From NCBI GenBank assembly GCA_000146045.2, contig BK006943.2, positions 352,001 to 416,000 of the forward strand: a stretch of DNA of 64,000 nt, read 5' to 3'. This document shows, one piece after another, positions 53,588 through 64,000 of this stretch. The position numbers and the translations under genes are program-made. The stretch comes from TPA_inf: Saccharomyces (lineage: Eukaryota). How positions within the stretch are numbered: the stretch's first letter is position 1; each line of letters begins with the position of its first letter. The notes below the pieces were generated by a model that made no database searches, was not told where the DNA came from, and saw only the letters and a list, made by a program, of their open reading frames with translations.

Positions 53588-55273
53588 ATGGGCATTTTGG
53601 ACTCGCTGAAAAAACCTGTTAATATCAAGAGTTCGCTCCCCAAATTCTCCCGCAGTGCTACCAGCATCAATTTAAGTAGCCACCCAGTAAGTTCACGGTC
53701 CTTCCTCGAATTACCACCAGAGCTTTTCAGCATCACTAAACCTATATTTAAGCTTCTGCAAGCACACGCAAATAAGATTTACTTCCAATCTTCCGACGCT
53801 GAGGCTGTATGGAATGTTAAGGATTCTTCTGGACATGTTTTTGAAGCAGAGTCAATTTCTTTGCTCGGCTCTCATATAATTATCACAAATTCCTCTGTAC
53901 AAGTCGCAGACGTGGCCATCATAGATTCCCCTTCCAACATAAACCAATGTGAAATTTCAAGCGTTGGAGAGTTCCTGCAATTCAATAATGGCCAACTATC
54001 TATCACATGTAACGATTTTGGTTTACTGGAGAAGTTCAAAAGGTTGTGTATGATTTCTATTTTTGAGTTCATTTCTATATATAAGGCCTTGACAGGCACA
54101 GTGATTTCCTCTTATGGGCTGAGAATGTCTGATATGCATATCATTTTGAACTCGCCGTTCAATTTTAAGGATTGGTGTGAAGTTTATCTTGATGGTCAAG
54201 GTTGGGTGAAAGTGTGGTGTCATATTGATAAAGTGTCTAAAACCAATAATTCTAAAAGTAGTAGTGACAATGATGCTAAAGGAAAGTATCAAATACGGTT
54301 TTATAGAGATGACAAATCCACATCTAGCAAGAACTGCGTTTTTTTTATTCCTGACAATGAGTACGTTCAAGATATTTTCTTTTATAACATCAATGCGGCA
54401 GAACCTTCTAAAAATATGAACGACTTTTTTCAAGGGTTGCAAATGATAAAGCTCGTTGGTAATGTACGCTTTTGCAGTGATACGGACTTTAATGATGTGG
54501 TGGATAGTGGATCCATCTATAGTAGTGCAAACAACGGCAGTGGTGACAGCAGCTCGACAGCATTGAATAATGAAAGTCCTAACACTACACCAAAAAGTAG
54601 AACTTTCTTTTCACCTAAAGGGCACAGAAGAAATAGCTCCCATGTAAGTTCGTTAACTTCTAGATCAACAAAAAAGCCTATAACTAACTTCACTACACGT
54701 ACAAATGGGCTTTTGATTAGGCCATTGCCCCATCATGGCGTACATCACCTGGAAGCAATGATCAGGTTCATTATTCCTTTGATGGATTGTGCAAGACTTT
54801 ATGGGCGTCCAGTTCAATTCAAGACAGAAAGAACCGATATAAATTCGTTAATGTTTGGATTACCTAAATTGCCCTCAGTGGATTATTTTGCTGAAGAGGA
54901 GATTGCCCATTTGATGACCCAGGAATTTAATCCTTTGAAAGAAAAAGATACTGACGATACTATGGCTTTAACTATGTCAAGATTTTCTAGCTACCTGCAA
55001 GAAAGAATGACAAAAGTCTCCAAGAGAAACACAGAACTCAACTTCAGGACCTTTAGTGATGTAATGGGCATGTATAATACTACGAGGGATCACTCTAAAC
55101 TTAATTGCATGAGTGACAAGGATAATTCTGTGAAGGAATTTTCATTGAGTGATAAAAGCAATGTTAGTTCTGAAACGACTAATATGATGAATCAATTGCA
55201 AGTAAACGCCCATGAATACAAAAGTTCTATGTGCGAACGTCCTATCGTCGCAAGTACTTCGCCCATTGCATAG
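53588..55273 (+). CDS. YJL016W: YJL016W, 561 aa from the ATG at 53588 (MGILDSLKKP...). The track ORF starts at TTG 53477. Ser/Asn-rich, PH-like region.
   Basis: Long ORF at the expected position; the first ATG gives 561 aa. Confidence 0.75.
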   Translation: MGILDSLKKPVNIKSSLPKFSRSATSINLSSHPVSSRSFLELPPELFSITKPIFKLLQAHANKIYFQSSDAEAVWNVKDSSGHVFEAESISLLGSHIIITNSSVQVADVAIIDSPSNINQCEISSVGEFLQFNNGQLSITCNDFGLLEKFKRLCMISIFEFISIYKALTGTVISSYGLRMSDMHIILNSPFNFKDWCEVYLDGQGWVKVWCHIDKVSKTNNSKSSSDNDAKGKYQIRFYRDDKSTSSKNCVFFIPDNEYVQDIFFYNINAAEPSKNMNDFFQGLQMIKLVGNVRFCSDTDFNDVVDSGSIYSSANNGSGDSSSTALNNESPNTTPKSRTFFSPKGHRRNSSHVSSLTSRSTKKPITNFTTRTNGLLIRPLPHHGVHHLEAMIRFIIPLMDCARLYGRPVQFKTERTDINSLMFGLPKLPSVDYFAEEEIAHLMTQEFNPLKEKDTDDTMALTMSRFSSYLQERMTKVSKRNTELNFRTFSDVMGMYNTTRDHSKLNCMSDKDNSVKEFSLSDKSNVSSETTNMMNQLQVNAHEYKSSMCERPIVASTSPIA

Positions 55274-55557
55274 TTCTTCGCATATATAGCCACATCTCAA
55301 AAACTTACATACAGTGTATATATTTGTGGTACAGTTTCTGTATAGCCAAATATACCCTGATATAATCTTATGTGATATTATATACTTCCATCCTAATACT
55401 AAACTTTTTCGTTTAACGTGACGCATGGTGCGAAGAAAAAAAAATAGCAAATCGCCACTCAATAAAGTGAGTAGAGAGCATTATATCAAAAAAGCATCGA
55501 TAATATCGAGTGATCATACGTTGAAAATCATCAAGTACAATAGTGATATAAGCCACA

Positions 55558-57162
55558 ATGCAAGCTCCAGTGGTATTTATGAATGCTTCTCAAGAGAGAA
55601 CTACCGGTCGTCAGGCCCAAATCTCCAATATCACTGCTGCAAAGGCAGTTGCCGATGTCATTCGAACTTGCTTAGGTCCAAAAGCTATGTTAAAGATGTT
55701 ATTGGATCCTATGGGCGGTCTTGTGTTGACTAACGATGGCCACGCTATTTTAAGGGAAATTGATGTTGCACATCCAGCAGCTAAATCAATGTTGGAGTTA
55801 TCCCGTACTCAAGACGAAGAGGTTGGTGACGGGACTACAACAGTTATTATTCTAGCTGGTGAGATTTTAGCTCAGTGTGCACCTTATTTGATTGAAAAAA
55901 ATATTCACCCTGTTATTATTATCCAAGCCTTGAAGAAAGCACTGACTGATGCACTAGAAGTTATCAAACAAGTAAGTAAACCTGTCGATGTGGAAAATGA
56001 TGCCGCTATGAAAAAATTGATTCAAGCCTCTATCGGTACTAAATATGTCATACATTGGTCAGAGAAAATGTGTGAATTAGCTCTAGACGCTGTTAAGACT
56101 GTCCGTAAAGACCTGGGACAAACTGTGGAAGGTGAACCTAATTTTGAAATCGATATCAAAAGATATGTCCGTGTGGAGAAGATTCCTGGGGGGGATGTTC
56201 TAGATTCTCGCGTCTTAAAGGGTGTCTTATTGAACAAGGATGTTGTTCATCCAAAGATGTCCCGTCACATAGAGAATCCACGTGTTGTTCTTTTGGATTG
56301 TCCACTAGAATATAAGAAGGGTGAATCTCAAACCAACATAGAAATTGAAAAGGAGGAAGATTGGAATAGGATTTTACAAATCGAGGAAGAACAAGTTCAG
56401 CTAATGTGTGAACAAATTTTAGCCGTTAGGCCAACACTAGTCATCACTGAAAAAGGTGTTTCAGATCTAGCACAGCATTATTTACTAAAGGGTGGATGTA
56501 GTGTTTTAAGAAGAGTGAAGAAATCAGACAATAATAGAATTGCTCGTGTAACTGGTGCAACCATTGTCAATCGTGTAGAGGACTTGAAGGAAAGTGATGT
56601 CGGTACAAACTGTGGATTATTCAAAGTAGAAATGATTGGGGACGAATATTTCTCATTTTTGGATAACTGCAAGGAACCAAAAGCTTGTACCATAATGTTA
56701 CGTGGTGGTTCCAAAGATATATTAAACGAAATAGATCGTAACCTACAAGATGCTATGGCTGTTGCTCGTAATGTGATGTTGAGTCCTTCCTTGTCCCCAG
56801 GTGGTGGTGCCACCGAGATGGCAGTTTCTGTCAAATTAGCAGAAAAGGCAAAGCAATTAGAAGGGATCCAGCAATGGCCATACCAAGCTGTAGCTGATGC
56901 TATGGAGTGTATTCCACGTACTTTGATACAAAATGCAGGTGGTGATCCTATTAGACTCCTATCCCAACTAAGAGCCAAACACGCACAGGGAAATTTTACA
57001 ACAGGTATTGATGGTGACAAGGGGAAAATTGTAGATATGGTTAGTTACGGTATTTGGGAACCTGAAGTCATCAAGCAGCAAAGTGTCAAAACCGCTATTG
57101 AAAGTGCATGTTTACTATTAAGGGTTGATGATATTGTTAGTGGTGTAAGAAAACAAGAATAA
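55558..57162 (+). CDS. CCT3: Chaperonin CCT/TRiC gamma subunit, 534 aa
   Basis: TCP-1 signatures (RTCLGPKAM, VTNDGHAIL, QDEEVGDGTTTV, GGGATEM). Confidence 0.95.
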   Translation: MQAPVVFMNASQERTTGRQAQISNITAAKAVADVIRTCLGPKAMLKMLLDPMGGLVLTNDGHAILREIDVAHPAAKSMLELSRTQDEEVGDGTTTVIILAGEILAQCAPYLIEKNIHPVIIIQALKKALTDALEVIKQVSKPVDVENDAAMKKLIQASIGTKYVIHWSEKMCELALDAVKTVRKDLGQTVEGEPNFEIDIKRYVRVEKIPGGDVLDSRVLKGVLLNKDVVHPKMSRHIENPRVVLLDCPLEYKKGESQTNIEIEKEEDWNRILQIEEEQVQLMCEQILAVRPTLVITEKGVSDLAQHYLLKGGCSVLRRVKKSDNNRIARVTGATIVNRVEDLKESDVGTNCGLFKVEMIGDEYFSFLDNCKEPKACTIMLRGGSKDILNEIDRNLQDAMAVARNVMLSPSLSPGGGATEMAVSVKLAEKAKQLEGIQQWPYQAVADAMECIPRTLIQNAGGDPIRLLSQLRAKHAQGNFTTGIDGDKGKIVDMVSYGIWEPEVIKQQSVKTAIESACLLLRVDDIVSGVRKQE

Positions 57163-57492
57163 TAGCCTCGAGGTTAAACTTCATTACTGCCGTTTAATAT
57201 TTGGTGTTTCTTCACATTTTTTTGTTTTTTTATACTATTGTAATGTATTTATATAGAATTAAAGTCCTCACTATAATTTTGTCATCCCTACAGTATGTCA
57301 TAAGCGTTAATCGGACAAACGTTCATTTTAAAATTGGCCTTTTTATATTTATATTACTCCTCATAGGATTTAATATAGAAGTATCATTCGTTAAATAATC
57401 ATTATATCATCTGTGCTTTAAATAAAAAAGTCGGCCGTCGATGTGTTTACGATTGGCCAGTATACTTACTCATTCATGGGATTAGTTTTATT

Positions 57493-59040
57493 TCAACGCT
57501 GTGGTGGGTACGATATGAAAGACGAACTCGACTTGTCATCATCTGAAATGATCTCAGAATTTTTGCTTTGAGAAAAAGAATTTGATTCTCTCATTTCTAA
57601 AATTGGGGTTAACTGCCGCGGCTTGACAGCTGAGATGATATCAGACGTCTCAGTGCTTCGTCCCTTTGGCGTCATAGGGCAGTTTATGTACTCTTCGCCA
57701 GAAAACATTCTTCCCTGGTTTGAGGGGGTCAACGACTTGGAGACTAAGGCTTTTCTACTTATTTTTGGTCTTTTCGATTGTGCTTCAGCTTCTTTTTGAT
57801 TTGCGCTTTCTTCTTGCCCTAAATTTGCTTCTCTTGGATGTTTCCTATTTGTCCTAACCCTTTTATAAACGTTTCTAGAAATTGCCAAGACTTCTTCTAG
57901 CGAAAATTCTAGTCTACCACCTTTAGATTCCTCATCTTCACAATAAATCAGTTTAAAATTACAGTCAATTTTTTCTGGTTTCTGGTCCTTTGTATTAATC
58001 ATTTGATAAACAGGGTCACTTCTACCTATAGAATCTCTAAAGATCGGTAGTTTTTCATCATATGGTCTCTTTTTTTGCGATAACATCTCATGTTGTTTAA
58101 GCTCACCCAAATTGGTATTTGCTTCTAGCAATGATATTCGAAGGTTGTTTTCTTTGTTCCTTTCTGCCTTTAAGTCAAAATTTTCCCAGCCATCTCTATA
58201 AACACCTCTATTCGGAGTTTCGAATAGTTCTACATCAGACTCTTCTCCATCTACAAATACGTTGTTTTTTGTTAAATTGACGTCACTTGATGTGCCATTT
58301 TGATTTGCAAGCTCTAGTCTATTGACAAATTCAGATCTGGTTTTCCCAAGTACTGTAGACTCTAATGAGTCCATCGATATTTCATTTCCTAGCTGAATAT
58401 TGTTCTCCCCCAGTTCTCTCAGGAGATGGTTTAACCGGTCTTCTAAAACCTTATTAGGCCTAGCCTTATTTTTGATTCCTAGCTGTAGAATTTTCACGGC
58501 ATATTGAAATTTTTCTTTCTGAATTAATAGATTCGTAAATTCTTCATAAAATGACGCTAACTCGGAACCAATTCCATTTCTTAACATATACATGAAAATG
58601 TCTCTGCTTTCCATGAATGAATTTCTGGTAAAAAGTTCTATGTACCAAAACCATATTTTAAGAAACCTAACATCATTGCGATATCTCTCCAAATCCTTTA
58701 AGTGAGATAAACATCGCTCCAAAAGGGTGAGCATTCCAGATTGTTTGGAATTACCGCCTTGTGGATAGGCGTTGTTCAGCCACTTTATGTATTCAAGATA
58801 CAAAGTAATTGGGTCGCTTAATGCAGGGAGCTCATCTATCAGTCTTTGTTCGAAGCTTGATTTAACTTGGTTTATTTCCACCAGTGGTTGATGTATCGCT
58901 TTCGAGAGTGCCGCTGCTGATCTGCCTTCCTTCAGGGGAAGAATGTTTTCTTTTTGAGTTTCGATTTCTTCAAAGTTAATAACATTTTGTGATGGTGACG
59001 ATGGCATGTAAGAGATACGTTTCTTTGCGTACGCTTTCAT
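57493..59040 (-). CDS. MAD3: Spindle checkpoint protein MAD3 (BubR1-like, TPR/KEN region), 515 aa
   Basis: 515-aa minus-strand [18 protein letters not shown]...; position matches YJL013C. Confidence 0.85.
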
Positions 59041-59233
59041 TCTATCAAGTTAACGTCTTTTATTGTATTTTCGCATGATTTTGTTTACTATTTTTGAACC
59101 AGTGTGCGCCTGGTGAAGGTGTGCATTTCAGGCAAGAGGGTAGTTCTCATATATAAAAAAATGGCGCTAAAGAAATTATTATATCTAATATGATTATTAC
59201 TTAATTATACAGTAAAAAAAACACGCTGTGTAT

Positions 59234-61444
<2,211 letters not shown>

Positions 61445-61506
61445 TTAGCCTGTAACTTCTTTCTGATTGCCTCAATATATAAAGATAGTATTGCTTCTTT
61501 TTCATT

Positions 61507-61524
61507 CACGTGTGCAGCCACGTG
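61507..61524. promoter_or_regulatory. Two CACGTG E-boxes (61507..61512 and 61519..61524; the second reads CACGTGG on the VTC4 sense strand), candidate Pho4 UASp sites about 110-125 bp upstream of the VTC4 ATG
   Basis: Read directly: TTCACGTGTGCAGCCACGTGCGG. Confidence 0.7.
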
Positions 61525-62284
61525 CGGATGAATAATAAAAATGCAACATATATGCATAGTGCGGTGTGTGAAAAAGTGAACCTACAAGTCAGTAGCTCTC
61601 CGTCAAAACGCAGACAAACCAATTTTTTGTCGGTGTTTTCCTGTGCAATTCCAGTAAGTAACATATTAATACAATTTCCTATGATGGGTTACGTGGAAAG
61701 CAGAGAGGCAATTGCGTGATTAATTCGGAATATTAGCAACGCTTCTCTTAGTATGAAAAAGCTCTTCGAAAGACTATATTTTTGAAAGCTTTAATATGTT
61801 TATAAGTTAAATATTGTCGAACTTGTTTGCGACAGCTCTTGAAGTCACGGTGCGTCTTTTTTTACTCGTCAACTGGTATAACAATGCGTATGACAATTAT
61901 TATATAACTATTACTTTATTCTTGCCATGAAGGGATTACTGTAACGCCCTCAACTAGTATACCCTTTTAAGCCTCGACAAAAATACAGAATAAACAAAAG
62001 TTAAATCTCACCGAAGTTGCTTGTGGTACTGGCTTTACAGACGTTTATAACGCAGCACTAAATTTCCAAATAATAACCTTCCTCCAATGGAAATAAAAAA
62101 AATCGAGACTAACCCAAAGTGTGCGCAATAAACTCTAAAAAATAAAGTATATTCTTGTAAATATTTCTATATGCTTAAGTTCAATAATACATGCATACTC
62201 ATTGAACATGTTATATTGTTACACAACAAAGTAATTTCTGTTTTTCGGAAGTGCCAGTCCAAATCAATTCAAAGCACTGTACAC

Positions 62285-62770
62285 TCATGCGTAGCCAGAG
62301 ATGATCTCTAGCATTTCCTCAATTGTTTTTTCGTCAAATCTTGCATCACACTCCTCCACTATGGAGTAAAGGTGGACCATATTGGCAGGAAGTTGATTGA
62401 CAATCTGCAGTTTTTCAGCCTTGAATAATTTAAAAGAATTCAGTTTAGTCATCAACTCAGCAAAGCTTTCATCGCTCATTTTGCTTATACCCGATTTTTC
62501 AGCATCTTTTGCACCACTGCTTTCTCGTTCCTCGCCTTCATCTTCCTGGTTGATAAAGTTTTTGTTTATACTGAGATAGTTAACCACATTGCGAGTAATA
62601 CCTTGCAATTCAGGATGATTGTAGGGCCTATTCTGCTTACCTTTCGAGCGACTTTTCTTCAGCGCAGCCAAACTTTTTTGGTCCCAAAGATGTTTTTTTT
62701 CTAGATCTGTTAGGAACTTCAAGACTTCATAGTCACTTAAAAATGCATTCCTTTCCTCAAGAACTTTCAT
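62285..62770 (-). CDS. RPC17: RNA polymerase III subunit C17, 161 aa
   Basis: 161-aa ORF MKVLEERNAFLSDYEVLKFL... Confidence 0.85.
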   Translation of the reverse strand: MKVLEERNAFLSDYEVLKFLTDLEKKHLWDQKSLAALKKSRSKGKQNRPYNHPELQGITRNVVNYLSINKNFINQEDEGEERESSGAKDAEKSGISKMSDESFAELMTKLNSFKLFKAEKLQIVNQLPANMVHLYSIVEECDARFDEKTIEEMLEIISGYA

Positions 62771-62965
62771 AACGTTTAAAGTTTTTTGTTTAAGTGTCGA
62801 TTTTTTCAGTGGTGGGTGTTGGATTCACTCAACTTCTCTTCTACTGTGGCTGTTATTTGCTTAACTTTCATAGATCGATGGCATTGAAAAAAATAATTTT
62901 TCAGGCAATTTTCCTTTTTTTACTTGGTATAATTTTCAGGAATTGAAGGATTTTTCAACGAATTA

Positions 62966-63038
62966 GCCTTGTTGGCGCAATCGGTAGCGCGTATGACTCT
63001 TAATCATAAGGTTAGGGGTTCGAGCCCCCTACAGGGCT
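62966..63038 (+). tRNA. tK(CUU): tRNA-Lys (CUU)
   Basis: GCCTTGTTGGCGCAATCGGTAGCGCGTATGACTCTTAATCATAAGGTTAGGGGTTCGAGCCCCCTACAGGGCT. Confidence 0.95.
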
Positions 63039-63930
63039 AATATTTTTTTCTTGCCCACTTATTCAAGGAATAAGTGCTAATTATCTTTCAACCTTGCAGC
63101 GAAGCTTTCTTTTGTATTTCATCTCATAGAAGGTGAAATATCACACTATTTTGTAAATAGAAATAGTATATGTAGTTCGTGGAGAACCAGACTGCAGACT
63201 ATCAATAAAAGGTTACATTCTGTTCAACTCATGTGACCAGAAGTTTGATTAAGCAAAATTGTTCTTCTCCTTAACATATGATATTATCTGAAGGAATCTA
63301 GAAAAGCTTGATCATTCCGCAGAATAACCTATCAAAATGATTGGGAGGACCATTTTATAATTCATGCTACATATATAACATTATACAGTAAACCCTTTTA
63401 ATGTAATGGATTGCTCATAGTTGTGTACACGAACTGTTTGCTAATAAGCTTGTTTTAGCTTCTATTGCTAAAGAAATTACTGACGAAGAGTTTATGACAA
63501 GGAAAGATGAACGAAAGTACAATTTACCGGTTAGTGTCAGCGCCAAAGGATCCACGCACTAGCAAAATAATGAAAATTGTGCCGGATATTCAAGACTAAG
63601 AGATGTACAAGTTGAAATATAAGTAACCCTCGGCATAAACTACTCTGTCGTAAGATCATTAACATGTCGATTTGCCTGTGACATTTAACGATTCACAAAT
63701 AGCGGAATTAAATGATACTTTATCTATCCTAAAACGCACGAAGCATACTTTAGAATGCATGCTCTTAGTAAGTATGCATTGCCGACTTCTCTGTAAGACT
63801 TTTATCTCGTTTCAGACCTAATCTGCAACAAGAGAAAGGGAAGAGGACGGTATTGTTACGACGTTATTGGCGGCTAGGAAAGAGAGAATCACCATGAACG
63901 ATATGGTGCAAAAAAAATAAAAAAATAAAT

Positions 63931-64000
63931 TGAAACGGACAGGAATTGAACCTGCAACCCTTCGATTGCAATCTTATTCCGTGGAATTTCCAAGATTTAA
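63931..64000 (-). tRNA. tW(CCA): Partial tRNA-Trp (CCA): 3-prime exon, intron and part of the 5-prime half, truncated by the window edge
   Basis: Reverse complement reads ...TTAAATCTTGGAAATTCCACGGAATAAGATTGCAATCGAAGGGTTGCAGGTTCAATTCCTGTCCGTTTCA (tRNA-Trp 3-prime half preceded by its 34-nt intron). Confidence 0.8.

Noticed and set aside
55142-55462. 106-aa minus-strand ORF overlapping the YJL016W 3-prime end (YJL015C-like)
   Set aside because: Overlaps a larger gene on the opposite strand with no independent support.

Overview
This window reads as a well-characterised stretch of the Saccharomyces cerevisiae chromosome X left arm, YJL046W to YJL011C. Gene order, protein lengths and intron positions match; the window likely maps to about 352001..416000 of chrX, placed from memory and not checked against a database. 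It is gene-dense, with about 30 protein-coding genes on both strands. From 386 onwards these are AIM22, SDH1 paralog YJL045W, GYP6, YJL043W, MHP1, NSP1, NUP192, LOH1, IRC18, SNX4, TAD2, KAR2, HCA4, BET4, MAD2, VPS53, YJL028W, YJL027C, RNR2, RRN7, APS3, PET130, BBC1, MPS3, YJL016W, CCT3, MAD3, VTC4 and RPC17. There are nine complete tRNA genes and one truncated at the window edge: Tyr-GUA with intron, two Arg-UCU/Asp-GUC dicistronic pairs in inverted orientation, Val-AAC, Met-CAU, Gly-GCC, Lys-CUU, and partial Trp-CCA. Several solo Ty LTR (delta-type) remnants cluster upstream of tRNA genes. The provided ORF track uses non-ATG starts (TTG/GTG/CTG) translated as M, so several real CDS starts are internal ATGs and I corrected them. 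I see no evidence of a novel or foreign system. The more interesting items are gene-architecture oddities, such as the NSP1 start codon split by its intron, an ATG-GTATGT micro-exon candidate in front of BET4, and the APS3 intron. Others are internal minisatellite-like coding repeats in NSP1 and BBC1, the duplicated inverted tRNA dicistron with LTR debris, a divergently arranged paralog pair with sporulation elements, and recognisable promoter elements for KAR2, RNR2, VTC4 and HCA4.
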